Positions 24,419-33,953 of a DNA stretch of 60,874 nucleotides are shown piece after piece. The stretch spans positions 1 to 60,874 of the forward strand of contig DASXUI010000097.1 in assembly GCA_036504955.1 (NCBI GenBank), in the 5' to 3' direction. Made by a program: the position numbers and the translations under genes. The notes beneath the pieces are model-generated. The model saw only the letters and a list, made by a program, of their open reading frames with translations. It was not told the DNA's origin and did not search any database. Position 1 is the first letter of the stretch; each line of letters begins with the position of its first letter. The stretch is from Armatimonadota bacterium (GTDB lineage Bacteria > Armatimonadota > DTGP01 > DASXUI01).

Positions 24419-27400
24419 CTAAGCGGCGGTGGGAGCGGTGCGGAGGGAGCGGCGGAAGGCGTCGGCCAGTTCCGCGCCCACCTGGCGCGCGCCCTCGCGC
24501 CCGTGGACGTGGACGGTCCCCATGTTGATGGTCACGGAGGTGCCGGTGAGCTGCTCGTTGGGGATGATGGTGCCGGAGTTGCGAGGCAGGAAGAGCTCTG
24601 GCCCGCGCTCGCCCACGATGGCGGCTTGACCACGCGCCAGCGTCCCTCCCTCGGCCATCAGGGGGATGCCGAAGAGGCCTCCGAGAAAGCCGACCACCTT
24701 CTTGGCCGCGACCTCCGCGATTATCTGAAGGATCATGTCCTTGAAGCCGCCCAGAAGAGTGCTGAACATGCCCTTGGCGCCCTTGCCGATGTTAAGGAAG
24801 CCCTGAGCGAAGATTGCCTGCATGTCCTGGCTGGTGCGGGCCCAGAACTCCTGATTGGCCCGCTGCTCAGGGGTCCTGTTCCGCTTGGCGGCTTCCTTGT
24901 TCGCTCGCGCCACTCTGTCGGACTCGATGGCCGCGACCTTCTCAGAGTCGAAGCTGAGCCCAGAGGCGCCAGGGCCGACGTTCCCGTAGCTGCTCCCCTC
25001 GGGCGTTCTGTGGCGCTCCATAATGCGCTCTACGTAGGCATCGGCCATCTTCGCGGCGATGCGCTCGGAGTCCACGTTGCCCTGAGCCCACTCGGGAATG
25101 GGGAGGTTGTCCCCAACCAGGGCCGGACGCACCGGAACCGCCATCTCCGCCTGGCGCAGTTCACGGCGCCGCCATTCGAACCGTGCCGGGCTCGGAGGCC
25201 CCATCTCGTCGCCCAAGCCCTGCAGCGACTTCAGCCGGGATTCCGCCGTCCATCGACGCGCGACGTCCTCCGGGACCCCCTTCTTGCGGAAGTAGAGCTC
25301 CAGGTCCGCCAAGCGGTCCTCAAAGTCGCGCTGGAAGTCGGTCTCGCGGGCGGCCAGGTTCGCCTTCAGGGCCTCCATGTAGCGCTTGCGTGCCGCTTCG
25401 GACTCCCGAGCCGTCTTCTTGAGGGCGTCCCTCTCCTTCTGGGCCGCCTCCCGCTGGATCTTCTGGATGTCGCGCCCGAGCTCGGCCTCCAGGCTGCTGA
25501 TCGCCTGATGCTGCTTGGCCGTGGACAGAGCGGAGGCCCGGATCTCATCGACCTTGACGCGGGTGGCCTCGCGGCGCACGGCGATCTCCCGTCTGGTGTC
25601 ATCGGAGATGCCGGCAATGACGGAGTCACGGTAGAGCTTGTCTGCCTTGCGCGCCTCCTCAACGTCAGCGGCAGCCTTGGCGGCCCACGCCTCGCGGTTC
25701 TTGTTGGCGTGGGCGAGCTGCTCCCAGTTGCTGGAGCCGCCAGGCGCGGCCAGATGAAGGTGCTCGTTCCACTTTGAGCTCTTGGTCCTGAAGGCATATC
25801 CCAGACCTGCCGCCTCCAGCGCCTGCTGTACCGTGGAGCGCTGGGCTTCTGACCACCCCTTGGTATCAACGTCCAAGGAGTGCCCGGTCTTGTGGGTGTA
25901 CTTGCTTAGCTCGTCGAAAGGGTGAACCCCTCGCGTAGTATGGCTCTCAAGCAGTTTCCTCACGTTGGCTGGCAACTGCTTGAGCATAGAGGATAACTCG
26001 GTCGCAACATAGACGCTACCGACTTTGGCATAGCCGCCGCGCTGAGAGAGGTCCTTACTGGCCGCCTCCATGCGTCGCTGGAGCTCGCTCTGCAGCTTCT
26101 GAAGCAGGGGGGATCCCTTAGGCAGGCCATAGGGATCGGCGATGCCCAGAGCCTTGGCGGCCCTCTCGATCTCGACCATGGCTGGCTGCCCCACGCCGCT
26201 GTCTGTGAGTGCTTGCTTTCTTAGGGTGCTTCTGGTCTCCTCCAGGGCGGCGCCCGACATGCCAGGCATGTAGGCAGGCATAGCACGCGACGGCCAGCCC
26301 TTCTCGCGAGCGTCCCTAACGCCCCAAATGGCCTCACGCAGCACGCCCGCGCGGTTCCCGCCTGCGGTGTCTCGCTCCTTCTCGGCCGCCTTCCACTTGT
26401 CGTAGGCGTCCTTGCCCTCCGTGAGCAGCTTGTAGATCCCCAGGGTTGCCAGTGAGTACAGGCCGAACCGCGCGGCCGCGGCTGCCTGCGGGATCTCCGC
26501 GAGGATGGTCTTGACGCGCATCAGGCGATCAGCCACGGTCACGAAGCTGGAGGCCAGCAGCAGCGCCCCGCCCACTAGGCCCGCCGTCGATCCAAGTCCG
26601 GTACCCAGGGACACCAGGAGGTCCTGCGCCCCACTGCTGAGACCACGGAACCACTCGATGGCCTTCCGGGCCGTCTCGGACAGTCGCAGCATCGTGTCGC
26701 CCAGGGCGTCGAAGGGTGCCCTGAGGGCCGTCATGGCCTGCGCGTCCTGGGTGAGGGCTGTAAAACTCTTCAGGATGGTTCCCAGCGCCTTGGTGATGTC
26801 GGGCGTGAACTTGGACGTCAGGCGTGACGTGAACTCATTGAAGGCGTCCCCGAAGTTGGACAGGATCATCGGGAGCGTGCCGGCCAACTTCTGCTGGGCT
26901 CCGCCGAACTGCTGCTGCATGCCCGCCACCAGGGCATCAGCGACCTGCTGGCCGGTGACATGCGCCCGCTGCAGGGCCTCCGTGTCAGCCGTGCCAAAGC
27001 GTCTCTTGAGCACACCCGCCACGTTGAGGCCAGGCATGTTGAGCAGTACCTGGTTGAGGTCCTGCTGAGACGCAGAGCCGCGAGAGAGGATCTGCCGGAA
27101 GCCCAGCAGGGCCCGCTCCTGAGCGTCTCGCGAGATTCCCAGGGCCGTGGCGGTGTCCCCGAAGGCCCTCATGGTTGGGATGACCTTGCCCAAGCCGTTA
27201 GGCCCATAGGCGGCCGCCAGGCTCTGGGCGATCGGCAGCATCTCCTTGAACTCCAGACGGGAGGACAGCGCCTCCCGGCGGAGGTCTTTGATGAGCTTCG
27301 CGGCGCCCCCAGAGGAGCCGGTGATGAGTGTCAGGGCGGCCTGAGTCTGAGTCAGGGTCACGTTCATGTCGGTGCCACTCTTGGCAACCGCCGCCATTCC

Positions 27401-27829
27401 CAACACCATGCCGCCGAAGGCTGCCGTGAGGCCCCACCCGACTCCGCGTAGCCCCTCCAGTGTGGTGCTGAGGCGCGAGAGGCGCTGCCCTGCGTCCACG
27501 GTGGCCTTGTCCAGGCCCCGCATCTCCTTCGACGCCGCCTTGATCTGGGCCACGCGAGCCGCGACGGCCTTTCGCTCCGCCTCCACCGACTCGTAGGTGG
27601 CCTTGATGCGCGCTTCTTTCTCCTCGGCCACGCGCGCCTTCAGGTCCTGAAGTTCCTTGTTCCCGAGGCGCTCCTTCTCGGTGACGCGCTCCTTCTCAAC
27701 GTCGGTCATCCGTTTGGCAGACGCGCGGACGGTGGCTTCGGCGTCCTTGGTGGCCTTGTTTACCGCCGTCTCCAACTCGCGCACGTCAGCGCCGAGCTTT
27801 AGCACAATGTCTGCCAGTTGGATGCTCAC
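24419..27829 (-). CDS. tail tape measure protein
   Basis: 1136 aa, helical and coiled-coil with hydrophobic Gly/Ala-rich central segments. It follows the G/GT chaperone pair. Start is GTG 27829. Confidence 0.9.
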   Translation of the reverse strand: MSIQLADIVLKLGADVRELETAVNKATKDAEATVRASAKRMTDVEKERVTEKERLGNKELQDLKARVAEEKEARIKATYESVEAERKAVAARVAQIKAASKEMRGLDKATVDAGQRLSRLSTTLEGLRGVGWGLTAAFGGMVLGMAAVAKSGTDMNVTLTQTQAALTLITGSSGGAAKLIKDLRREALSSRLEFKEMLPIAQSLAAAYGPNGLGKVIPTMRAFGDTATALGISRDAQERALLGFRQILSRGSASQQDLNQVLLNMPGLNVAGVLKRRFGTADTEALQRAHVTGQQVADALVAGMQQQFGGAQQKLAGTLPMILSNFGDAFNEFTSRLTSKFTPDITKALGTILKSFTALTQDAQAMTALRAPFDALGDTMLRLSETARKAIEWFRGLSSGAQDLLVSLGTGLGSTAGLVGGALLLASSFVTVADRLMRVKTILAEIPQAAAAARFGLYSLATLGIYKLLTEGKDAYDKWKAAEKERDTAGGNRAGVLREAIWGVRDAREKGWPSRAMPAYMPGMSGAALEETRSTLRKQALTDSGVGQPAMVEIERAAKALGIADPYGLPKGSPLLQKLQSELQRRMEAASKDLSQRGGYAKVGSVYVATELSSMLKQLPANVRKLLESHTTRGVHPFDELSKYTHKTGHSLDVDTKGWSEAQRSTVQQALEAAGLGYAFRTKSSKWNEHLHLAAPGGSSNWEQLAHANKNREAWAAKAAADVEEARKADKLYRDSVIAGISDDTRREIAVRREATRVKVDEIRASALSTAKQHQAISSLEAELGRDIQKIQREAAQKERDALKKTARESEAARKRYMEALKANLAARETDFQRDFEDRLADLELYFRKKGVPEDVARRWTAESRLKSLQGLGDEMGPPSPARFEWRRRELRQAEMAVPVRPALVGDNLPIPEWAQGNVDSERIAAKMADAYVERIMERHRTPEGSSYGNVGPGASGLSFDSEKVAAIESDRVARANKEAAKRNRTPEQRANQEFWARTSQDMQAIFAQGFLNIGKGAKGMFSTLLGGFKDMILQIIAEVAAKKVVGFLGGLFGIPLMAEGGTLARGQAAIVGERGPELFLPRNSGTIIPNEQLTGTSVTINMGTVHVHGREGARQVGAELADAFRRSLRTAPTAA

Positions 27830-28445
27830 TTGTGGCTCCGCTTCGCCTTCTCGATCAGCTCAGTCTGGACGTCTGCCTCTACCTTCGCAAAGGCGAGGGC
27901 ATGGAGGAGGTACTCGTCAGGCTGCTGCTCCAGCTCCCAGGGGGCGACCTTCAGCCATCGCGCCGCCTGAAAGAGGTTCCAGCGGTCGATGAGGGGCTCT
28001 ATGCCCTCTGGGTCCCCGTAACCGGCTAGGTACCAGAAGAGTCGGTCGAGGTCTCCACCGGGGGGCGGCGGTCGTCCCAGATGGCCGAGTAGATGGCGCC
28101 CAGGAAGTCGAAGTCTAGGGACTCCAGGAGCTCCTGAGTGATGGGCACGGGCTTGGCGCCGTCCAGGACTGTCCAGGACTCCAGAATGACGGAGAGGTCA
28201 TAGACCATCACCGCCTTCAGGGCTTCCTCGGTCGCCCGGTCCGCGTCGTCCTCCGTCGCCCGCGCGGCCTTCTCGACGGCCCGACGCTCGGCATCATACT
28301 GTCGGGACAGGATGCCCCTGCGATAGGTGACCTCGAACTTCTCGCCCTCGAACTCCACGGGTACGGTGTGGGTCCGGTTGCGGATCGTGCTGAGCTGCAG
28401 GCCCTGCGGCTTCTCTGCCGTCCGTGCCTTCGTGCCCTCTGCCAT
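27826..28445 (-). CDS. tail assembly chaperone long form via predicted -1 programmed frameshift (gpGT-like)
   Basis: The -1 frame is open from inside the chaperone gene to TGA 27828-26 and encodes ..GGDLDRLFWYLAGYGDPEGIEPLIDRWNLFQAARWLKVAPWELEQQPDEYLLHALAFAKVEADVQTELIEKAKRSHK. The candidate slippery heptamer C_CCC_CCG is at 28065-28059. Confidence 0.55.
28026..28445 (-). CDS. tail assembly chaperone (gpG-like)
   Basis: 139 aa from ATG 28445 (AGAGGAGAA upstream), acidic, located between the major tail protein and the TMP. Confidence 0.65.
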   Translation of the reverse strand: MAEGTKARTAEKPQGLQLSTIRNRTHTVPVEFEGEKFEVTYRRGILSRQYDAERRAVEKAARATEDDADRATEEALKAVMVYDLSVILESWTVLDGAKPVPITQELLESLDFDFLGAIYSAIWDDRRPPVETSTDSSGT

Positions 28446-28456
28446 CGCTTCTCCTC

Positions 28457-28487
28457 TCACAAACCAGAAGGGGGCCCGAAGGCCCCC
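28457..28487 (-). terminator. stem-loop / partial terminator after the major tail protein gene
   Basis: The minus strand reads GGGGGCC-TTCG-GGCCCCC followed by TTCTGGTTTG. It lies between stop 28514 and the chaperone start. Confidence 0.5.
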
Positions 28488-28513
28488 CCCACATCCCCGG
28501 TTGCCGGCGCGGA

Positions 28514-29803
28514 TTAGGCCACCGCCTGCAGCATGCTGTTGATTCGGACTCGCAGGAAGCCGCCCAGCGCCGTGGAACTGGCGGGCCCGTCATAGAGGCT
28601 CACCAGGTCGTAGGCATAGGTCTTCAGGTTGTCGGTGTCGCCCCGGCTCTGCTTGCTAACACTGCACGGCATCGTCCACTGGAACGAGTAGGTGGCGGTC
28701 CCGTCGGCCGTCGGCCCCGTCACCGTCACCTCGAAGTAGAGCAGATCGCCGGCCCGGAGGTTGTTCAGGTAGGCATCCGTCGAGCCGCTCTTCGGAACCA
28801 CGATCTGCGCTGTCGGTTTTCCGTGGAGTTCCACGGTGTCGTCGTAGCTCTCGGAGGCGTTCAGGTAGTAGATCCCCTGTCGGCGGCTTCCCACCTGCAG
28901 GCTTACGCTCAGGACGTTGCTGAGGGCGGCCATGTTGTTGAGCGCCGTCCCCATCTTGACCGAGATGGCCTTGGGGGGCAGGGGTACGAACGCAATCCGG
29001 GTCGGGGTGATGCCATCCAGGCAGTAGCCGACGCTGACTCCCGGGCTGGTGCCGCCCGTCAGAGTAGCGCCGTTGGCCGTGATGGCCGTCGCGGTCGTGT
29101 TGGCCAGCGTGCCGGCGAGCTCTATGCTCCACGGACCGCCCAGCGGGCCCAGCACGTTCACGTTGCCGGCACCGACGGTCGTCAGCGCCTCCAGGGCGCT
29201 CTTCACGGCCGCGGCAGCGGCGTTGTAGGCGATGCCGGCGCTCGTCTGGCCCCCGTAGCTGAGCGTGAAGGTGCCGCCGGTCGGCGACCCGGTGATCCAC
29301 ACGTTCTGTACCCGGAGACCGTCGAGCAGCTTCCTGGCCAGGAGCTTGCCGCTCAGGGAGATGGCCTGCCGGGTCAACTCAATCTTGAGGTCGTTGAACG
29401 TCAGGCCTGACACCCGCGAGGCATGGGCGGAGCTCCCCAGCCCGGCCGTGAAGGTCTTGTAGGCGTCGGGATCCGACTGGCTGGGCAGGAACTCATGCTG
29501 CTTGGCCGTCACTCCGCCTGAGGCTGCTGAGACGACGGGGCTGCAGAGCAGCGAGGAGAGGACGTAGGCCAGCTCATTGAACCCGGCGGCCTTGCCGTTG
29601 TAGGTCCCGCCAGTCTCCTCCTTGCCGATAATGGTGTCGACGGCCGCCTTGCTGCCGTCCTCCTCCACCTCCACCACCGGGATATCGGGCTCCAGCGTCA
29701 CCGTCATACCCAGGAGGCGGTTCGTCGGCTGCACCGCCGTCCCGTCCGTGGACTCCAGCGCGAGCTGGAGTCGTTCCAGTGTTGCAGGGGTAGCCTGTGC
29801 CAT
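28514..29803 (-). CDS. major tail protein (with inserted Ig-like/decorating domain)
   Basis: 429 aa from ATG 29803 (AGGAGGAG 6 nt upstream). It sits between the tail-completion genes and the chaperones, with an internal block GGTFTLSYGGQTSAGIAYNAAAAAVKSALEALTTVGAGNVNV. Confidence 0.65.
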   Translation of the reverse strand: MAQATPATLERLQLALESTDGTAVQPTNRLLGMTVTLEPDIPVVEVEEDGSKAAVDTIIGKEETGGTYNGKAAGFNELAYVLSSLLCSPVVSAASGGVTAKQHEFLPSQSDPDAYKTFTAGLGSSAHASRVSGLTFNDLKIELTRQAISLSGKLLARKLLDGLRVQNVWITGSPTGGTFTLSYGGQTSAGIAYNAAAAAVKSALEALTTVGAGNVNVLGPLGGPWSIELAGTLANTTATAITANGATLTGGTSPGVSVGYCLDGITPTRIAFVPLPPKAISVKMGTALNNMAALSNVLSVSLQVGSRRQGIYYLNASESYDDTVELHGKPTAQIVVPKSGSTDAYLNNLRAGDLLYFEVTVTGPTADGTATYSFQWTMPCSVSKQSRGDTDNLKTYAYDLVSLYDGPASSTALGGFLRVRINSMLQAVA

Positions 29804-29884
29804 GGGGGTCTCCTCCTGGCGCATGGAAAAGGCCCCTGGCGGTGGTCTGCCAGAGGCCTGAGTGCTAGTCTATGGGGTGCCCGA

Positions 29885-30319
29885 TTAGGCCGGGGCTATG
29901 TCCAGGCGGTAGAGCCCGCCGATGTAGCGTAGGTCGGTCTTGTCCTCCACCTGGGCGTAACGCACCGTGCGCTCACGCACGCAGGAGAGGATGGTGTAGG
30001 TCTTGGATCCGAGGGTGACGACCTCTGGGACCGTGAGGGTCAGCACCTCATCGATGCGGTTGATGAGCTGCTCATAGACCGCCACGCTGCCGGTGTTGGT
30101 CACCAGGTTGACCAGGTAGAGGGGACGCGCGAGCAGCCGGTCCCCCGCCGCCCCCACCACGTCCTGCTCGCTGTTGTTGCTCAGGATGATGAGCGGGTAA
30201 CTGGACCCGTTGGGTGCCACGTCCGAGTAGATCCGGCTCCCGATGAGGCCCTGTAGGGTGGTGTCGGCGGTCAGCTTCGCGTAGAGCCAGCGCTCGGCGC
30301 CCAGCAGTTCGTTAGCCAC
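29885..30319 (-). CDS. tail terminator / tail completion protein (DUF3168-like)
   Basis: 144 aa. Called from position and size; the family assignment is from memory. Confidence 0.55.
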   Translation of the reverse strand: MANELLGAERWLYAKLTADTTLQGLIGSRIYSDVAPNGSSYPLIILSNNSEQDVVGAAGDRLLARPLYLVNLVTNTGSVAVYEQLINRIDEVLTLTVPEVVTLGSKTYTILSCVRERTVRYAQVEDKTDLRYIGGLYRLDIAPA

Positions 30320-30758
30320 GGGTCACCTCTCTGATGGCCAGCTCCACGCTCAGGGTCAGCAGCTCTTTGATCTCCGGAAGGCTCGGCTCAATGAAGGGGC
30401 GGGGGGCCATCCGTACCGTGCCGTGCTCCAGGAAGTCGGCGATGCCGTCCTGGTTGCCGATCACGACCGCCCAGGTGAGGCCGTCGCCCGGCACCTCTTG
30501 GTAGCGGATGCTGTCCTGCAGGGCTCCCGTCCAGTTCGCGGGGCTCTCGCCCGGCGCGGAGGCCTGGTGGGGCAGAGGCTGCGGGCCATGGGTGTAGACG
30601 CGTCCGGTTTTGGGCCCGCGCAGTATCTTCTCCCGCAGGATAAGCTGCGAGTTCTCCGCCGTGGCGGCCACGGCTCGAGCGGCCGCAGAGTGGACCGCCG
30701 CGGTGAGCTTGCCCGCGTTGTTGGCGCGGGTGACGACCGTATAGCTGACGCGCGGCAC
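30312..30758 (-). CDS. HK97 gp10-family head-tail joining protein
   Basis: 148 aa with the FLEHGTVRMAPRPFIEPS motif typical of the HK97 gp10 family. Confidence 0.7.
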   Translation of the reverse strand: MPRVSYTVVTRANNAGKLTAAVHSAAARAVAATAENSQLILREKILRGPKTGRVYTHGPQPLPHQASAPGESPANWTGALQDSIRYQEVPGDGLTWAVVIGNQDGIADFLEHGTVRMAPRPFIEPSLPEIKELLTLSVELAIREVTRG

Positions 30759-30759
30759 G

Positions 30760-31128
30760 TCAGAGGCTCTGCTGCAGGTAGAGGGTGATGCAGGGCGCGC
30801 CGTTCTCTCCCACGTTGGTCTGTAGGACCTCGTAGGTCCGCCCGCCGCTCACCAGCCGGTCCTGGGGGCCCACGCTGGTGCCCAGCGGCACCGCGCCCTG
30901 CCAGCTCAGGAGGGAGGTGAGGGCGCCGCCCCGCTCCTCGGAGACGGCCTGCTGGCGCGCGGTGAAGAGTCGGCAGGGGATGGTGCCCCCTACCTGCACC
31001 CACGTCTCCGCGCTCCCTCCGGCGCCATCCGAGACCAGCGTCCGCCGCTGAATCACGCAGGTGGCGTCCAGCGTCGCGGCTATCTCGGCGGCAAAGGTGG
31101 GCGCGATGGCGGTCGATGCCTGCCGCAT
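30760..31128 (-). CDS. head closure / head-tail adaptor protein
   Basis: 122 aa. Called from its position in the connector block. Confidence 0.55.
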   Translation of the reverse strand: MRQASTAIAPTFAAEIAATLDATCVIQRRTLVSDGAGGSAETWVQVGGTIPCRLFTARQQAVSEERGGALTSLLSWQGAVPLGTSVGPQDRLVSGGRTYEVLQTNVGENGAPCITLYLQQSL

Positions 31129-31511
31129 TACTCCACCACCGGGGGATCGAAGATGCCGCGCCAGGTCGGCCGATACTCCTCCAGCATCTCCTGGTCGCTG
31201 CTCACTAGAATGCCGGTCTCCGCCCCGATCGGCAGGGCGCCCTTCCGCAGCGCGTCGGCCAGTTTCAACAGATCCGCGATGGCGTGCTTCTCGGTCTTGT
31301 AGGTGCCGCTCTGCACCACCCGGGCCAGGCGTGCCCGGTCCCGGGCCAGCGTCTCGTAGGCCTCGGCGGCCGCCAGCGGCACGTTGTTGCGGCTCGCGAT
31401 CAGGAACTCGCTGATCTCCGCATCGCTGAAGAGGGCCAGGGCGATGTCGGTGTCGCAGATCCGCAAGCGGACCTTGCCGATATTCGTTGCCAAATCGTAG
31501 GTGGCTGCCAT
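31128..31511 (-). CDS. gp6-like head-tail connector protein
   Basis: 127 aa from ATG 31511 (MAATYDLATNIGKVRLRICDTD...). The track ORF's N-terminal 55 aa overlap the upstream gene. Confidence 0.55.
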   Translation of the reverse strand: MAATYDLATNIGKVRLRICDTDIALALFSDAEISEFLIASRNNVPLAAAEAYETLARDRARLARVVQSGTYKTEKHAIADLLKLADALRKGALPIGAETGILVSSDQEMLEEYRPTWRGIFDPPVVE

Positions 31512-31513
31512 CT

Positions 31514-33424
31514 CTACTCCGGCCACACGTACCAGGCGTCGCCCGTGCCCTCGTAGGCGCGAGCCAGCCTCCAGGCCAGCAGGCGGTCTCCGGCCTGCAG
31601 GAAATGCACCTGGTCTAGGGTCAAGCTGTTCTGTTTCTCCCGCAGGGAGTTGATGCTCCCCAGGTCCATCACCCACGGGACCGTGTTGGCGACGAACACG
31701 CCCCGGTGGGCGCCCAGGGTGAGGAGAAGGCGGTTGAACAGATGGCGAGACTTCGTGTTGTACCAGGGAGAGACATCTTGGGAGTCGGCCGCGTAGGGGG
31801 GCACGTCGCTCAGGACGACCTCATTGTTGTAGGCGCGCGCCTGGCCGACCCAGGTCAGGAGGTCCGCGAACTCCCGGCGCACCGAGGCCATCATGGCCTC
31901 TTCCGTGCCCCAGAACGCCGTCCTCAGATCATTGGTCGCTCCGCACTCTACCAGGCAGACGGTCGCATCCCGCACCTCGCGAATGTCGTGACGACCGATG
32001 ACGCTGTTGGCGTGCCCTCCCCAGCGAACCCAGAAGGGTGTCTTGGTGGCGTCGTAGCTGTCGGGGCTGAACCCCTTGCCAGGGATGCCGAGGCCGATGA
32101 TGTAGGGTTGCGCCGCGAAGTACCCCAGGGTGCTGTCCTGCAGCTCCGCTCCTACGTGCTGGAGCGGGTAGGTGTACACGTAACTGTCCGCGCCCGCGAA
32201 CCAGGGCCGGCGCGCTACCACCAGCTTGCCGAGGGTGGGGATGCCGCCGCTCGAACTGATGGCGACACGGGTGATGTCGATCCACTCGTTGTTCACCGCG
32301 TCGATCTGGTCTCGGCTGCCCCTCACGCCAAGGGCCTTTACGGCGTGGCAGATGAGCGTGGTATCGCCAGCATCGGAGCCGCCCGCCTGGCCCACGGTCT
32401 TGTCGATGTAGTACAGGTCCGCCTTCTTCAGCGCCGGGTCGATGTGGACAGCGAAGGAGAACCTGCCCGCCGCCTCGCCCGCCCCTAGCGCGTTGCTGCG
32501 TCCCGCCCAGGTCACCTGATCGACGGCCCCGAGGTCGAGCACAAGCGTCTGTGCGGTGACCAGTGTCGCCTTGGTGGTAGCCGGGTTGTCCGTCCCTCGG
32601 ATGCCCTGGAGCGCGAGGGTCAGCGTCTGACCGTCCACGCCAATCACGTCATCGAAGATGAGGTAGTAGGGGCTCTGGAAGGCCGGCACCTTGTAGGTGT
32701 TGCCCGGAGCCGGGCTGGCCGTCTCCATGCGCTTGCAGGTCGTCTTGATGCAGGCCCGCAGCAGGATCGGGTAGGTCTGGTTTACGAGGCTGGCGGTGGG
32801 GATGGGGTCCGTAGACCAGACACCCACTAGCGAGCGGCAGGTCCCGCTGCCGCTCGCGCTCGCGCCCAGGGTCGGGTTGGAGGCGCCCGAGGCGTCGAGG
32901 TGGACCCCCACCAGATCCCCCGTGGCGATCGGCCCGATCCCGTTGGTGGTGCCGCCCGCCGTCAGGTCGATGGTCTGGTTGGCGCCGCCAGCGGGGTCGG
33001 TCGCGGTCCAGGCTACCGGTGTGCCGACCAACGCCAGGTTGGCGCCGCTCGTGCGGTACACACAAACCTTGCCGCCCGCCGCGTTGACGGAGGTCAGTGT
33101 GACGGAGGTAAGGTAGTGGCTGCCCAGCGCCGCCACCTCGGCCGGGAGCGTAATGGCATCGTCGGCGACGATCCACCCGTGCAGCCCTCCGGGGTTGCGC
33201 CAGGCGGCCACCGCGACGCTGGCCGCCGCGTTGTGGTCGTGGCCGTAGCCCCCGACCTGCAGCTCGTAGGCGCCGATGTCCCCGGTAGTGGAGGTCAGCA
33301 CCACGCTCTTGGCGCGGATGCCCTTCTGGGGCGTGGCGGCCCAGGCCTGTCCCCAGAGGAGGGTGAGGGCGACGAACAGGAGGGAGAGGGCGACGAACAG
33401 GAGGGAGAGGCGGTGAGTCCTCAT
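31514..33424 (-). CDS. exported SGNH/GDSL-type hydrolase-like protein embedded in the head-tail module
   Basis: 636 aa with the signal peptide MRTHRLSLLFVALSLLFVALTLLWGQAWA/ATP. The C-terminal half has VECGATNDL and LDQVHFLQAGDRLLAW (DxxH-type block V) consistent with SGNH esterases. Its start overlaps the upstream stop (TGATG). Confidence 0.6.
   Translation of the reverse strand: MRTHRLSLLFVALSLLFVALTLLWGQAWAATPQKGIRAKSVVLTSTTGDIGAYELQVGGYGHDHNAAASVAVAAWRNPGGLHGWIVADDAITLPAEVAALGSHYLTSVTLTSVNAAGGKVCVYRTSGANLALVGTPVAWTATDPAGGANQTIDLTAGGTTNGIGPIATGDLVGVHLDASGASNPTLGASASGSGTCRSLVGVWSTDPIPTASLVNQTYPILLRACIKTTCKRMETASPAPGNTYKVPAFQSPYYLIFDDVIGVDGQTLTLALQGIRGTDNPATTKATLVTAQTLVLDLGAVDQVTWAGRSNALGAGEAAGRFSFAVHIDPALKKADLYYIDKTVGQAGGSDAGDTTLICHAVKALGVRGSRDQIDAVNNEWIDITRVAISSSGGIPTLGKLVVARRPWFAGADSYVYTYPLQHVGAELQDSTLGYFAAQPYIIGLGIPGKGFSPDSYDATKTPFWVRWGGHANSVIGRHDIREVRDATVCLVECGATNDLRTAFWGTEEAMMASVRREFADLLTWVGQARAYNNEVVLSDVPPYAADSQDVSPWYNTKSRHLFNRLLLTLGAHRGVFVANTVPWVMDLGSINSLREKQNSLTLDQVHFLQAGDRLLAWRLARAYEGTGDAWYVWPE
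33365..33406 (-). repeat. perfect 21-bp tandem duplication inside the signal-peptide coding region
   Basis: GAGGGCGACGAACAGGAGGGA occurs twice (33365-85 and 33386-406) and encodes the duplicated LSLLFVA. Confidence 0.9.
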
Positions 33425-33708
33425 CACATCACCGCCTCTTCCGCCGTGAAGGGCTGGCCCGTGGTGTCGCCGATGATGTAGACGGCGCAGGCCGGCACCG
33501 CGTTGTCCCAGATGATGTCCTGCCCCTGGGTCAGGAGCCAGTAGCCCTTCCCCACCACGGCCGCCTGCCCCAGCCTCACGTAGAGAGGCAAGGGGCTCCG
33601 GCTAACCACCCGGAGGTAGCGGCGCTGGCGGGCCGGGTAGACCTGCTGCGAGACACCGCCGGCCGTGATGGTGCCCTCGGTCTCCACTGGGTCTATGATG
33701 TGCATCAT
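33424..33708 (-). CDS. hypothetical small beta-rich protein
   Basis: 94 aa, translationally coupled on both sides. Confidence 0.45.
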   Translation of the reverse strand: MMHIIDPVETEGTITAGGVSQQVYPARQRRYLRVVSRSPLPLYVRLGQAAVVGKGYWLLTQGQDIIWDNAVPACAVYIIGDTTGQPFTAEEAVM

Positions 33709-33953
33709 CAGCCTCCCGGAGCCTTCTTGCGGCTCCCGGCCTTCGGGGCGGGCGTGGGGGTTGGGGCAGGAGTGGACTCGGTGCAGTGCTCGCCGGGCGC
33801 CTGCGACTGTGCGAGGGCGAGGAGCTCCGCCAGGGAGTCTCGCACCTCGCAGGTAACGTCGAGTAGAGCGGCGAGGAGCCGCAGGTCAGGCCGCATGTCG
33901 TCAGACAGCGGGCGTCCCAGCAGCTCCTCGCTCAGTCGTGCCTCCGCGCTCAT
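33708..33953 (-). CDS. hypothetical protein
   Basis: 81 aa with ATGA-type overlaps with the MCP gene and the next ORF. Confidence 0.4.
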   Translation of the reverse strand: MSAEARLSEELLGRPLSDDMRPDLRLLAALLDVTCEVRDSLAELLALAQSQAPGEHCTESTPAPTPTPAPKAGSRKKAPGG

